Source: an uncultured Bordetella sp.
Lineage (GTDB): Bacteria; Pseudomonadota; Gammaproteobacteria; Burkholderiales; SG8-39
Length of the DNA stretch: 64,000 nucleotides
Direction of reading: 5' to 3'
Assembly: GCA_964564865.1 (NCBI GenBank)
Contig: CAZMDA010000001.1
Location: forward strand, 35,939 to 99,938
In this document: positions 1 through 10,324 of the stretch, one piece after another
Layout of the letters: every line of letters begins with the position of its first letter
Position numbering within the stretch: position 1 is the stretch's first letter
Notes under the pieces: model-generated
Told to the model about the DNA's origin: nothing
The model's database searches: none
What the model saw: the letters and a program-made list of their open reading frames with translations, nothing else
Position numbers and translations under genes: made by a program

Positions 1-172
1 CTCCCGCACCAGCCGCGCCGGGTACTCCCCGCCGCGGCCGTCGAACAGGACGAATCCCTCGCCGGGTCGCAGGCGCAGGACCCGGACGTGGCGCGCGATT
101 TCCTCGGGCAGCTCGACGCGCGAGCCGGGTGCCAGCTCGCCCTCGTAGTGGAACCTTGCCATCGCCGGATTC
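1..172 (-). CDS. rsmE: 16S rRNA m3U1498 methyltransferase RsmE, N-terminal part (gene runs off the window edge)
   Basis: Reverse-strand ATG at 172 gives MARFHYEGELAPGSRVELPEEIARHVRVLRLRPGEGFVLFDGRGGEYPARLV, which looks like an RsmE N-terminus. It is absent from the ORF track because it is truncated. Confidence 0.65.
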
Positions 173-188
173 TCGCACCGGCGCCGGA

Positions 189-626
189 TCAGCGCCGCGC
201 GGCGGATCCGGCAGCCGCCGCCGCGGTCGCGCAGCGCATGCCGTAGGTCGGCAGTTCTTCAGCCGGGCAGTCGCGGTAGCGGATGCGCGTGCCCGGCGGC
301 AGGTGCCACTGGAACTCCTTCCGGTGCAGCACGACATGCCGCGGCTCGGCGGGAGCATCCCCTGCGCGGGCCGCCCTTGGGCAGGCAACCTGCTCGGGTG
401 GCGCCGCGGCCGGGTTGTCCGCGCACCAGTAGAGGCTGCGCTGCACGCCGCAGCGGTTGCGGAACACGATGCGGTACAGCCAGGCGCCGCGGGCGCCGAC
501 GGACACGGCCTCGAGATCCGAATCGATGCAGGCCGAGGACTGGGCCGCGGGCGCGATGGCTTCCGCGTGCGCGGGCGAGGCGAACAGGGCGAGGACGAGG
601 AGGGCGGCGCGCAGCGGCAACGGCAT
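189..626 (-). CDS. secreted Cys-rich hypothetical protein
   Basis: ORF track 145 aa. N-terminus MPLPLRAALLVLALFASPAHA-EA looks like a Sec signal peptide with an AHA cleavage site. Several Cys residues. No family recognised. Confidence 0.5.
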   Translation of the reverse strand: MPLPLRAALLVLALFASPAHAEAIAPAAQSSACIDSDLEAVSVGARGAWLYRIVFRNRCGVQRSLYWCADNPAAAPPEQVACPRAARAGDAPAEPRHVVLHRKEFQWHLPPGTRIRYRDCPAEELPTYGMRCATAAAAAGSAARR

Positions 627-724
627 CGGTCGATGCCACCATAACGGACGAAACCGCGATCCGTTGCGTCAGGAGGCGTGCAGTTCCGAAATACGAAACA
701 GCGTCCGGGCCGTTTGAAACGGCG

Positions 725-1102
725 TCAGCGCGTGCAAACCCAGGCGAGGACGCTGCAGCCGTCCTGCCCGCAGCGCTTCAGCGCCCGCGTCTCGGCCTCG
801 TCGCGCGTGACGCCGGAGGCGACGGCGGCCTTCGCCGGGCCGTCGGCCAGCGCCGCGCAGCCGTTCTTGAACTTGTGCACCACCTCGCAGTTGCGGTGGC
901 CGCATTGCCGCAGCGCCTCGACGCTGGCATCGCGCTGGCGCGCAAAGTCGTGGCTCACGCCCCAGGCGCGCGAGGGCCGGTGGTGCGCGATGGCGCCGAA
1001 GCGGTTGGGCGTCGCGGACAGCTTCTTGCCCTCCGCGGCTGCCGCGTGCGGCGGGCCGGACGCGCAGAGCAGGACGGCCAGGATGAGCGCCGCCCGCGTC
1101 AT
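725..1102 (-). CDS. DUF4189-like secreted protein
   Basis: Internal ATG at 1102 of the 725..2068 ORF gives MTRAALILAVLLCASGPPHAAAAE (signal peptide). A repeated pattern follows: WG.S...A...AL..C....C.V...F.NGCAALA and A...AL..CG..GC.V, as I recall for DUF4189. Confidence 0.5.
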   Translation of the reverse strand: MTRAALILAVLLCASGPPHAAAAEGKKLSATPNRFGAIAHHRPSRAWGVSHDFARQRDASVEALRQCGHRNCEVVHKFKNGCAALADGPAKAAVASGVTRDEAETRALKRCGQDGCSVLAWVCTR

Positions 1103-1104
1103 GG

Positions 1105-1749
1105 CTAGCGGTAGCGACGGAAGCCGCTGGGCTCGCCCAGCAGCATGCGCGCGAGTTCTTCCAGCACCGGCTCGTTGACCTCGGCCGCGGGCACGGTGAA
1201 GTAATCGGCGCCGAACCGCAGCAGGTTCTTGGCCTCGATGCGCAGCTTGCCCTGGCCGTAGAGGCCCTTGATCTCGACGTCCGAGCGCACGCGGCAGGGG
1301 ATGCTGAAGGTGGCCTTGGTGATGGAGCGGCGCTCGTTGAAGTCTTCCTTGACGTCGAACTTGAGGTTGTACTCGTCCAGCTGCCGGCGCAGCTTCTCGA
1401 TCGCCGGCGGCAGGTCGCGCACCACGGTCATGTTGGTGGGGCCGGCCCACTTGATGAACAGCGACACGTAGTCGAACACCTCGCGCCCGCCCTCGCGCCG
1501 GGTGCGGTAGTTGACGAAGGATTCCTCGAACTTGAGCCCCTTCATGTCGCCCAGCGCCGGCAGCGAGAAGGTGGAGGCGTTCTCGGGCTTGATCACCGTG
1601 AGCTGCTTGAGCAGCTCGTCCAGGTAGCGGAAGGTCTGGCGCAGCGCCTTGTCCACCTGGTCGACGTCGGCCTGCCGCAGCTGGTCCTGCGTCAGCTGCT
1701 GCGTCTGCAGCGCGTTGGCCTTCTTCTTCAGGTCGTCCAGCAACCCCAC
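1105..1749 (-). CDS. hypothetical protein with N-terminal coiled-coil-like segment
   Basis: GTG at 1749 is preceded by GGGAGGG. Product starts (M)GLLDDLKKKANALQTQQLTQDQLRQADVDQVDKALRQTFRYLDELLKQL. It sits 23 nt downstream of the UxaA stop and 2 nt upstream of the next gene. No family recognised. Confidence 0.55.
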   Translation of the reverse strand: MGLLDDLKKKANALQTQQLTQDQLRQADVDQVDKALRQTFRYLDELLKQLTVIKPENASTFSLPALGDMKGLKFEESFVNYRTRREGGREVFDYVSLFIKWAGPTNMTVVRDLPPAIEKLRRQLDEYNLKFDVKEDFNERRSITKATFSIPCRVRSDVEIKGLYGQGKLRIEAKNLLRFGADYFTVPAAEVNEPVLEELARMLLGEPSGFRRYR

Positions 1750-1772
1750 GATGGCGCCCTCCCTGCCGGTGG

Positions 1773-3296
1773 TTACATGGTCGCGCCCAGCACCCACGGC
1801 GCGAACTCGTCCTCGCCGAAGCCGAGCAGCTCGGACTTGGAGCGCTTGCCCGAGGCGGTCTCCAGCACGAGCCGGAAGATGCGCTCGCCCGCCTGCGCCA
1901 CGGTTTCCTCGCCGTCGACGATGGTGCCGCAGTTGACGTCCATGTCCTCTTCCATGTGCCGGTAGAGCGCGGTATTGGTCGCGAGCTTGAGCGAGGGCAC
2001 CGGCTTGCAGCCGTAGACCGAGCCGCGTCCGGTGGTGAAGCACACCACGTTGGCGCCGCCCGCGACATGCCCGGTGACCGACACCGGGTCGTAGCCGGGG
2101 GTGTCCATGAACACGAAGCCCCGCGCGGTGACCGCCTCGGCGAACTCGTAGACCTCCACCAGGTTGCTGGTACCGCCCTTGGCCGCGGCGCCGAGGGATT
2201 TCTCCAGGATCGTGGTGAGGCCGCCCGCCTTGTTGCCGGGCGAGGGGTTGTTGTTCATCTCCATCCGGTTGCGGGCCGTGTAGTCCTCCCACCAGCGGAT
2301 GCGCGCCAGCAGCTTCTCGCCCACCTCCCGCGTCACCGCGCGGCGCGTGAGCAGGTGCTCGGCGCCGTAGATCTCGGGGGTCTCGGACAGGATCGCGGTG
2401 CCGCCGTGGCGCACCAGCAGGTCCGCGGCCGCGCCCAGCGCCGGGTTGGCGCTGATCCCGGAATAGCCGTCGGAGCCGCCGCATTCCAGGCCCAGGGTCA
2501 GGTGGCTCGCGGGGACCGGCTGGCGCGAGACGCGGTTGGCCTCCGGCAGCAGCTCCTTCACGCGCGCGATGCCGTCGCGCACCGACTTGGTCGTGCCGCC
2601 CTTCTCCTGGATGGTGAAGGCCTGCAGCTTGTCGGAGGATTTCAGCCCGGCGGTGTCCATCCAGACCCGGATCTGGTTCGCCTCGCAGCCCAGGCCGATG
2701 CCCAGCACCGAGAAGAAATTGGGGTGGCGCGCGTAGCCGGTCATGGTCCGCCGCAGCAGCGTCATGCCCTCGCCCTCAGAGGCCATGCCGCAGCCGGTCT
2801 TGTGGGTGAGCGCCACCACGCCGTCCACGTTCGGGAAGTCGCCGAGGTTGTTGCGGAAGTGGTCGGCCACCATGCGCGCGACGGTGGCCGAGCAGTTGAC
2901 GCTGGTGAGGATGCCAATGTAGTTGCGCGTCGCGACGCGGCCGTCGGAGCGGACGATGCCCTGGAAGGTCGCCGCCGGCTGGACGTGGTTCACCGGCTTG
3001 ACGTCGGTGCAGAAGGCGTAGTCGCGCACGAAGTCGCCCATGGCGAGGTTCTGCACGTGGACATGCTCGCCCGGGCGGATGTCGCGCGTGGCGAAGCCGA
3101 TGATCTGGCTGTACCGGCGCACCGGCTGGCCCTGCTTCACCTCGCGTACCGCCACCTTGTGGCCGGCCGGGATCTTGCCCGCGACCGCCAGGTTGCCCTC
3201 CTTCACCAGCGTCGTGCCGGGGGCGAGCGCGACCCGGGCGATGACGACGTCGTCGTCAGGGCTGAGTCGGATGGTGAGGTCGGCGGCCTGCAGCAT
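1773..3296 (-). CDS. UxaA-family sugar-acid dehydratase (altronate/galactarate dehydratase family)
   Basis: 507 aa. N-terminal SAF-like segment (LSPDDDVVIARVALAPGTTL) and long UxaA/GarD-like body (TSVNCSATV, GLECGGSDGYSGISANP). AGGGGGA RBS upstream. Confidence 0.85.
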   Translation of the reverse strand: MLQAADLTIRLSPDDDVVIARVALAPGTTLVKEGNLAVAGKIPAGHKVAVREVKQGQPVRRYSQIIGFATRDIRPGEHVHVQNLAMGDFVRDYAFCTDVKPVNHVQPAATFQGIVRSDGRVATRNYIGILTSVNCSATVARMVADHFRNNLGDFPNVDGVVALTHKTGCGMASEGEGMTLLRRTMTGYARHPNFFSVLGIGLGCEANQIRVWMDTAGLKSSDKLQAFTIQEKGGTTKSVRDGIARVKELLPEANRVSRQPVPASHLTLGLECGGSDGYSGISANPALGAAADLLVRHGGTAILSETPEIYGAEHLLTRRAVTREVGEKLLARIRWWEDYTARNRMEMNNNPSPGNKAGGLTTILEKSLGAAAKGGTSNLVEVYEFAEAVTARGFVFMDTPGYDPVSVTGHVAGGANVVCFTTGRGSVYGCKPVPSLKLATNTALYRHMEEDMDVNCGTIVDGEETVAQAGERIFRLVLETASGKRSKSELLGFGEDEFAPWVLGATM

Positions 3297-3334
3297 GGAA
3301 GTCCCCCTATGGCGGCAATGTTACCGCCCCGGCG

Positions 3335-4324
3335 CTAGCCGCGCGAGAGCAGTGCCGCCTGCCGGATCGCCTCCAGCATGCTCTGCGCGTCGGCCTTGCC
3401 GGTGCCGGCGATGTCGAAGGCGGTGCCATGGTCCACCGAGGTGCGCACGATGGGCAGCCCGGCGGTGATGTTGACGCCGTGCTCCATGCCCAGAGCCTTC
3501 ACCGGGCCGTGGCCCTGGTCGTGGTACATCGCCACCACCAGGTCGTAGTCGCCGCGCGCGGCGACGTAGAACAGCGAGTCCGCAGGCAGCGGGCCGTCCA
3601 CCTTCCAGCCGAGGGCGCGTGCCTGCGCGATCGCGGGCGCGATCTTCGCTTCCTCCTCGCCGCGGCCGAACAGGCCGCCTTCGCCGGCGTGGGGATTGAT
3701 GCCGCAGACGCCGATGCGGGGTTCCGCGATGCCGGCGCGGCGCACGATGTCGCGGCCGCGCGCGATGGTGCGGGAAACCAGCGCCGCGTCGATGCGCGCG
3801 ATGGCGTCCAGCAGGCCCATGTGCGCGGTGACGTGGATCACGCGCAGCTTGGGCGAGAACAGCGTGAGCGACACTTCCTTCGTGCCGGTCATGGCGGCCA
3901 GCATCTCCGTGTGACCGGGATACTTGTGGCCGGCGGCATTGATGGCCTCCTTGCTGATGGGCGCGGTGCAGACCGCGTCCAGCTCGCCGGCGAGGGTCAG
4001 CTTCACGGCGCGCTCGATGTAGCGGTAGGAGGCCTCGCCGGCCACCGCCGAGGTCTGGCTGAAAGGCAGGTCTTCCGGCACCAGGCCAAGGTCGATGCAG
4101 TCCACCGTCCCCGGCGTGAACTTCGCTTCGCCGGGCGCGCCGATGCGCGCCACCTTCAGCCGGGCGCCCACGATCTTCCCGGCCCTCTCCAGCCGCTTCG
4201 CGTCGCCGATCACCAGCGGCCGCGCGCTCTCGTAGGCCTGCGGGTCGGCCAGCGCCTTCATCACCACCTCCGGGCCGACCCCCGAGGGATCGCCCATGGT
4301 GATGCCGATGCGTGGCAGCTTCAC
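3335..4324 (-). CDS. PdxA-family NAD-dependent hydroxyacid(-phosphate) dehydrogenase
   Basis: 329 aa. MKLPRIGITMGDPSGVGPEV, YPGHTE, GINPHAGE, AMYHDQGH and SVDHGTAFDIAG are the PdxA/PdxA2 signature blocks. Confidence 0.85.
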   Translation of the reverse strand: MKLPRIGITMGDPSGVGPEVVMKALADPQAYESARPLVIGDAKRLERAGKIVGARLKVARIGAPGEAKFTPGTVDCIDLGLVPEDLPFSQTSAVAGEASYRYIERAVKLTLAGELDAVCTAPISKEAINAAGHKYPGHTEMLAAMTGTKEVSLTLFSPKLRVIHVTAHMGLLDAIARIDAALVSRTIARGRDIVRRAGIAEPRIGVCGINPHAGEGGLFGRGEEEAKIAPAIAQARALGWKVDGPLPADSLFYVAARGDYDLVVAMYHDQGHGPVKALGMEHGVNITAGLPIVRTSVDHGTAFDIAGTGKADAQSMLEAIRQAALLSRG

Positions 4325-4337
4325 GGCACGGCGCGGA

Positions 4338-6122
4338 TCAGTGGTTGTCCCTGGGCACGAAGGCTCCCGACTTGCCGGCGAGGAAGTCCAGGTCCGCGCC
4401 CTGGTCGGCCTGCAGCACGTGGTCGAAGTACAGGCGCCAGTAGCCGCGTTCGAGCGGCGGCTTGGGCTTCCTCCACGCCTTCCTGCGCTTCGCGATTTCC
4501 GCCGCGGAGACCTTGAGTTCCAGCCTGCGCTTCGCCACGTCGAGCTCGATGATGTCGCCGTTCCTCACCAGCGCGAGCAGGCCGCCCGCTGCGGCTTCCG
4601 GGACCATGTGCAGGATGACGGTGCCGTAGGCGGTGCCGCTCATGCGCGCATCGGAGATCCGCACCATGTCGGTGATGCCGCGCTTGAGCAGCTTCGGCGG
4701 CAGCGGCATGTTGCCCACCTCGGCCATGCCGGGATAGCCCCTGGGGCCGCAGTTCTTCAGCACCATGATGCATTTCTCGTCGATGTCCAGCTTCGGGTCG
4801 TCGATGCGCCGGTGGAAGTCCTCGATGTTCTCGAACACCACCGCGCGGCCGCGGTGCTTCATCAGCTTCGGCGTCGCTGCCGAGGGCTTGATGATGGCGC
4901 CGCCCGGGCACAGGTTGCCGCGCAGCACCGCGATGCCGGTGTTCTTCTTGAAGGGTTTCCGGAACGGAGTGATCACGTCCCGGTTGTGGCAGGGCGCGTC
5001 CTTCACGTTGTCCCAAATGGATTGGCCGTTGACCGTCAGCGCGCCCTTGTCCAACTTGCCGTTCTCGCCCAGTTCCCGCAGCACCACGGGCAGGCCGCCG
5101 GCATAGCAGAAGTCCTCCATCAGGTACTTTCCGTTGGGCATCAGGTTGACCAGGGTGTGGATGCCGCGGCCGAGGCGGTCCCAGTCCTCCAGCGTCAGGT
5201 CGACCCCGATGCGCCGCGCCACCGCGATCAGGTGGATGACGGCATTGGTCGAGCCGCCGATGGCCGCGTTGGCGCGGATCGCGTTCTCGAACGCGGCCCT
5301 GGTCAGGATCTTCGACATGGTGATCTTCTGCTTCACCAGCTCGACGATTCGCCGGCCGGCCATGCGCGCAAGCACGTTGCGCCGCGCGTCCACCGCCGGC
5401 CAGGCGGCGTTGCCCGGCATGCCGATGCCCAGGGCCTCGACCATCGAGGCCATGGTGGAGGCGGTGCCCATGGTCATGCAGTGCCCGTGCGAGCGGTGCA
5501 TGCAGGACTCGGCCTCGTGGAACTCCTCCAGCGTGATCTTCCCGGCGCGCAGGTCCTCGGACATGGACCAGACGTTGGTCCCGGAGCCGATGTCGGTGCC
5601 GCGGTACTTGCCCGAGAGCATCGGGCCGCCGGAGACGGCGATGGTGGGCAGGTCCACCGAGGCCGCGCCCATGAGCAGCGCCGGCGTGGTCTTGTCGCAG
5701 CCCACCAGCAGCACGGTGCCGTCCACCGGGTTGGCGCGCAGCGACTCCTCGACGTCCATGGAGGCGAGGTTGCGGTAGAGCATCGCCGTCGGCCTGAGCA
5801 GCGTCTCGCCCAGGGACATCACCGGGAACTCGAGCGGGAAGCCGCCCGCCTCCAGCACGCCCGCCTTGACGTGCTCTGCGAGCGTGCGGAAGTGCGAGTT
5901 GCAGGGCACGAGCTCCGAGAACGTGTTGCAGATGCCGATCACCGGACGGCCGTCGAACTGGTCCTGCGGGATGCCGCGGTTCTTGGTCCAGCTGCGGTAG
6001 ATGAAGCCGTAGATGTCCTGGCGGCCGAACCACTGCGTGCTGCGCAGTCCTGTCGGCGTGCTGCGCAGACCTTTCGGTTGGCTGCGCAGCGGCTTGATGG
6101 GGATGGTTTTCCTCTTCGCCAT
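4338..6122 (-). CDS. IlvD/Edd-family sugar-acid dehydratase
   Basis: Internal ATG at 6122 (MAKRKTIPIK...). LRS..WFG, CDKTTPA, GHCMTMGTASTM, ISDARMSGTAYGT motifs of dihydroxy-acid/aldonate dehydratases. 594 aa. Confidence 0.85.
   Translation of the reverse strand: MAKRKTIPIKPLRSQPKGLRSTPTGLRSTQWFGRQDIYGFIYRSWTKNRGIPQDQFDGRPVIGICNTFSELVPCNSHFRTLAEHVKAGVLEAGGFPLEFPVMSLGETLLRPTAMLYRNLASMDVEESLRANPVDGTVLLVGCDKTTPALLMGAASVDLPTIAVSGGPMLSGKYRGTDIGSGTNVWSMSEDLRAGKITLEEFHEAESCMHRSHGHCMTMGTASTMASMVEALGIGMPGNAAWPAVDARRNVLARMAGRRIVELVKQKITMSKILTRAAFENAIRANAAIGGSTNAVIHLIAVARRIGVDLTLEDWDRLGRGIHTLVNLMPNGKYLMEDFCYAGGLPVVLRELGENGKLDKGALTVNGQSIWDNVKDAPCHNRDVITPFRKPFKKNTGIAVLRGNLCPGGAIIKPSAATPKLMKHRGRAVVFENIEDFHRRIDDPKLDIDEKCIMVLKNCGPRGYPGMAEVGNMPLPPKLLKRGITDMVRISDARMSGTAYGTVILHMVPEAAAGGLLALVRNGDIIELDVAKRRLELKVSAAEIAKRRKAWRKPKPPLERGYWRLYFDHVLQADQGADLDFLAGKSGAFVPRDNH
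6039..6101 (-). repeat. imperfect 21-bp tandem repeat, three units, inside the 5' end of the IlvD/Edd gene
   Basis: GCTGCGCAG recurs at 6039, 6060 and 6081, an exact 21-nt period. The repeat encodes PLRSQPK/GLRSTPT/GLRSTQW. Confidence 0.8.
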
Positions 6123-6124
6123 GG

Positions 6125-6826
6125 TCAGTACGTCGCCCTTCCTCCGGAGATGTCGAACACGCCGCCGGTGGAGAACGAGCAGTCCTCCGAGGCGAGCCAG
6201 CAGACGAGCGCGGCTATCTCGTCCACGTTGACGAAACGGTTCATCGGGATCTTGGACAGCATGTACTGGATATGCTGCTCCGTCATCTGGTCGAAGATGG
6301 CGGTCTTCGCCGCGGCTGGCGTGACGCAGTTCACCAGCACCCCGGCCTGCGCCAGTTCCTTGCCGAGCGACTTGGTGAGCGAGATGACGCCCGCCTTGGA
6401 GGCGCTGTAGGCGACCGCGTTCGGGTTGCCTTCCTTGCCGGCGACGGAGGCGATGTTGACGATGCGGCCGTACTTCGCGCGCACCATGTGCGGCGCCACC
6501 GCGCGGCAGCACAGGAACTGGCTGGTGAGGTTGACGCGCAGCACCCGCTCCCATTCCTCGACGGGGTAGTCGACCGTGGGGGCGTTCATCCCGGCGATGC
6601 CGGCATTGTTGACGAGCACGTCGATCCTGCCGAGATCCGCGAGCGCCCTGTCGCTCGCGCGCTCGACCGAGGCCGGATCGGTGACGTCCACCGGGTCCGG
6701 TCCGGCCACGTCCCAGGCCCGTACCTGTGCCCCGGAATCCCGCAGCCGCCTGACGATGGCGGCGCCGATGCCCGCCGCGCCGCCGGTGACGATGGCCGTG
6801 CGGCTCTTGAAGTCCAGCTGGTTCAC
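6125..6826 (-). CDS. short-chain dehydrogenase/reductase (SDR)
   Basis: GTG at 6826 preceded by AAGGAG. TGGAAGIG cofactor motif, NNAG, and YSASKAG catalytic Y-x3-K. The start overlaps the GntR stop (GTGA). Confidence 0.85.
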   Translation of the reverse strand: MNQLDFKSRTAIVTGGAAGIGAAIVRRLRDSGAQVRAWDVAGPDPVDVTDPASVERASDRALADLGRIDVLVNNAGIAGMNAPTVDYPVEEWERVLRVNLTSQFLCCRAVAPHMVRAKYGRIVNIASVAGKEGNPNAVAYSASKAGVISLTKSLGKELAQAGVLVNCVTPAAAKTAIFDQMTEQHIQYMLSKIPMNRFVNVDEIAALVCWLASEDCSFSTGGVFDISGGRATY

Positions 6827-7527
6827 TTTCGGAACTCCTTGCTGTAGCGCCTGCGGGTCAGGTCCATGTGGCGCCGCATCGCCAGGCGCGCGCCGCGCGC
6901 GTCGCGCTGCTCGATCGCCGTCAGGATCGCGCCATGCTCGCGCAGCGTGTCGGCCCCCATGCGAGGGTACTCCAGCTTGCGCTCCAGCGCGAGGTAGAGC
7001 GGGCCCATGCGCTGGTCCCACAGCGTCTGCACCACCAGCACGAACGCGCTGTTGCCGCTCGCTTCGGCGATGCGCACGTGGAACAGGCGGTCCGCCTCCA
7101 GCGGATTGTGGTGGCGGCGGGCGGCCTTGCGATAGCGCAGGTGCGCCTCGCGGATCGCGGCGACCTGGGCCGGCGTCGCGGCACGCGCGGCGAGCGCGGC
7201 GCACTCGCCCTCGATGGTCTGGCGCGCGTGGATCAGCTCGAACGGCCCGGTGGCCTCGGCGATCGCGGCGATGCGGTCGCGCGGCGCGCGGCGCCTGGGC
7301 GGCGCGACGTAGATGCCGGAGCCGACCCGGACTTCCAGCAGGCCCTCGACCTCGAGCGCGATGATCGCCTCGCGCAGGCTGGGGCGGCTCACGCCGAGCT
7401 GGCGCGCGAGGTCGCGCTCCGGCGGCAGGCGCGAGCCCGGCGCCGCCTCGCCGGAATCGATCAGGGAGCGGATCTGGTTGGCGATCTGGACGTACAGTCG
7501 CCGGGTCACGATCGGGCGGATCTGCAT
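6823..7527 (-). CDS. GntR-family transcriptional regulator, FadR/FCD subfamily
   Basis: ATG at 7527. N-terminal wHTH (LPPERDLARQLGVSRPSLREAIIALEVEGLLEVRVGSGIYV) plus an all-helical FCD-like C-terminal domain. Confidence 0.85.
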   Translation of the reverse strand: MQIRPIVTRRLYVQIANQIRSLIDSGEAAPGSRLPPERDLARQLGVSRPSLREAIIALEVEGLLEVRVGSGIYVAPPRRRAPRDRIAAIAEATGPFELIHARQTIEGECAALAARAATPAQVAAIREAHLRYRKAARRHHNPLEADRLFHVRIAEASGNSAFVLVVQTLWDQRMGPLYLALERKLEYPRMGADTLREHGAILTAIEQRDARGARLAMRRHMDLTRRRYSKEFRK

Positions 7528-7529
7528 CG

Positions 7530-8591
<1,062 letters not shown>

Positions 8592-8602
8592 CCGTCTCCC
8601 CC

Positions 8603-9445
8603 TCAGGACTTCACCGCGCCCGCCGTCAGTCCGGAGACCATGTAGCGGCGGAACGCGTAGTAGATCGCGGCCGGCGGCAGCCCGTACAGCAGCCCGGTCG
8701 CCATCAGCAGCTCCCAGGGCGAGTCGTCAGCCGACAGGAAATGGCCGAGGGCGACCGCGAGCGTGACGTTGGTCTCCTTCGACAGCAGCAGGAACGCGTA
8801 CAGGTACTCGTTCCACGCCAGCAGCAGCGCATAGGTGCCGATCGCGACCAGCGAGGGCAGCATCAGCGGCAGGTAGACGAGGCGGAACAGCTGCAGCGGC
8901 GTCGCGCCGTCGATCCGCGCGGCCTCGTCGAGCTCCCAGGGCAGCTTGTCCGAGGCCTGCTTCAGCACCCAGATCGCGTACGGCGAGGCGAGCGTCACCA
9001 TCGCCAGCACCAGCGACCAGGAGCTGTTCAGCAGGCCATAGGTGCTCATCGCCTTGTACATGGGCACCGCGAGGAACGCCGCCGGGATGAAGTAGGTGAA
9101 GAGCGCCGCGTTCATCACCAGGCGTCCACCGCGCACCTTCAGCCGGCTGATCGCGAACGCCGCGAAGGTGGCGATCACCAGCGTCAGCACGCCAACCGCG
9201 GTGGCGATCCACAGCGAGTTCCACATTTGCTGCCAGAAGTGGTACAGGAAGAAATGCTCCTGGCGGAACACCGCGCCGAAGTTGCGCAGCGTCGGCTGCG
9301 CCGGCCACAGCGCGCCGGAGAACGCCGAATCCTTGCTCGAGATCGAGAACAGGAAGATATGGTAGATCGGGAACGCCGACCACAGCGCGACCGGGATGCC
9401 GACCAGCAGGAGCTTCGCCTCGGTCGTCGCCTTCTTCCAGTTCAC
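8603..9445 (-). CDS. carbohydrate ABC transporter permease (CUT1)
   Basis: GTG at 9445 overlapping the upstream stop (GTGA). Multi-TM protein with EAA loop ([21 protein letters not shown]). Confidence 0.85.
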   Translation of the reverse strand: MNWKKATTEAKLLLVGIPVALWSAFPIYHIFLFSISSKDSAFSGALWPAQPTLRNFGAVFRQEHFFLYHFWQQMWNSLWIATAVGVLTLVIATFAAFAISRLKVRGGRLVMNAALFTYFIPAAFLAVPMYKAMSTYGLLNSSWSLVLAMVTLASPYAIWVLKQASDKLPWELDEAARIDGATPLQLFRLVYLPLMLPSLVAIGTYALLLAWNEYLYAFLLLSKETNVTLAVALGHFLSADDSPWELLMATGLLYGLPPAAIYYAFRRYMVSGLTAGAVKS

Positions 9446-10302
9446 GCGCCGCCCTCCCGCGACAGGCGCCGGACCATGAACCACACCAGCGGCAGCACGA
9501 ACGGCATCGACACCACGATGGTCGCCATCGCCTGCTCGAGCTGGTCGAGGCGAATGTAGCGGATGCCAAGCGTCGCCAGCACGTGGGTCAGGTCGGCGGG
9601 TCCCCCGCCGGTGAGCAGGTAGACGCTGTTGAAGTCGCCGAGCGTCCAGATCATCGACAGGATGGTGGAGGTCAGGTAGAGCGTCCTCATCGACGGCCAG
9701 GTGACGTAGCGGAATTTCTGCCAGGCACTGGCGCCGTCCACGCTCGCGGCCTCGTACTGCTCCTGGGGGATGGCGAGGCGCCCGGCGATCAGGATCAGCG
9801 TCCAGAACGGCAGGCTCTTCCAGATGTGCACCAGCATCGACATCGACAGCGCGAGCGTCGGGTCGGTGAGCCACGCCGGGCCATCCTCGGCGGTGAGGCG
9901 GAAGATGATCGAGTTCACCATGCCCCACTCGGGGTTGAGCATGAACCGGATCGAGAAGATGGTCGGGATCGACGGCACCGCCCAGGGCAGGATGAACAGC
10001 ACCGAGAGCCAGCGGATCCATGGCCGCGTGTTGACGAAGAAGCCCGACAGGAACATCGCGGCGACGAACTTCAGGTTCACCGCGACGACGACGAACACCA
10101 GCGTGTTGACCACGGTGCGGAAGAACACCGGGTCCTCGAAGAGCTTGGCGTAGGCCGCCGGGCTGCGCGCCAGCCAGAAGCCGTACAGCACCGGGTACAG
10201 CACGAACACGAGGAACAGCAGCACGTAGGGAACCACGAGCGCGATGCCCCAGCGCTGCATGGACGTCAGGCCGCCCCTTCGCGGCAACGAAGCCGTAGAC
10301 AT
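9442..10302 (-). CDS. carbohydrate ABC transporter permease (CUT1)
   Basis: ATG at 10302 (TTG at 10305 is the alternative). EAA loop YEAASVDGASAWQKFRYVTWP. Confidence 0.85.
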   Translation of the reverse strand: MSTASLPRRGGLTSMQRWGIALVVPYVLLFLVFVLYPVLYGFWLARSPAAYAKLFEDPVFFRTVVNTLVFVVVAVNLKFVAAMFLSGFFVNTRPWIRWLSVLFILPWAVPSIPTIFSIRFMLNPEWGMVNSIIFRLTAEDGPAWLTDPTLALSMSMLVHIWKSLPFWTLILIAGRLAIPQEQYEAASVDGASAWQKFRYVTWPSMRTLYLTSTILSMIWTLGDFNSVYLLTGGGPADLTHVLATLGIRYIRLDQLEQAMATIVVSMPFVLPLVWFMVRRLSREGGA

Positions 10303-10324
10303 CAAGGATGCTTGATCAGCGATG

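Noticed and set aside
627-724. Small hairpin (GCCGTT-TCA-AACGGC on the minus strand) after the DUF4189 gene, considered as a terminator
   Set aside because: The stem is 6 bp with a 3-nt loop and only scattered T residues downstream. Support is insufficient.
129-1108. Plus-strand ORFs 129-644, 377-1108 and 678-1178
   Set aside because: These are Arg/Pro-rich translations opposite better-supported signal-peptide proteins on the minus strand. They lack RBS and motifs.
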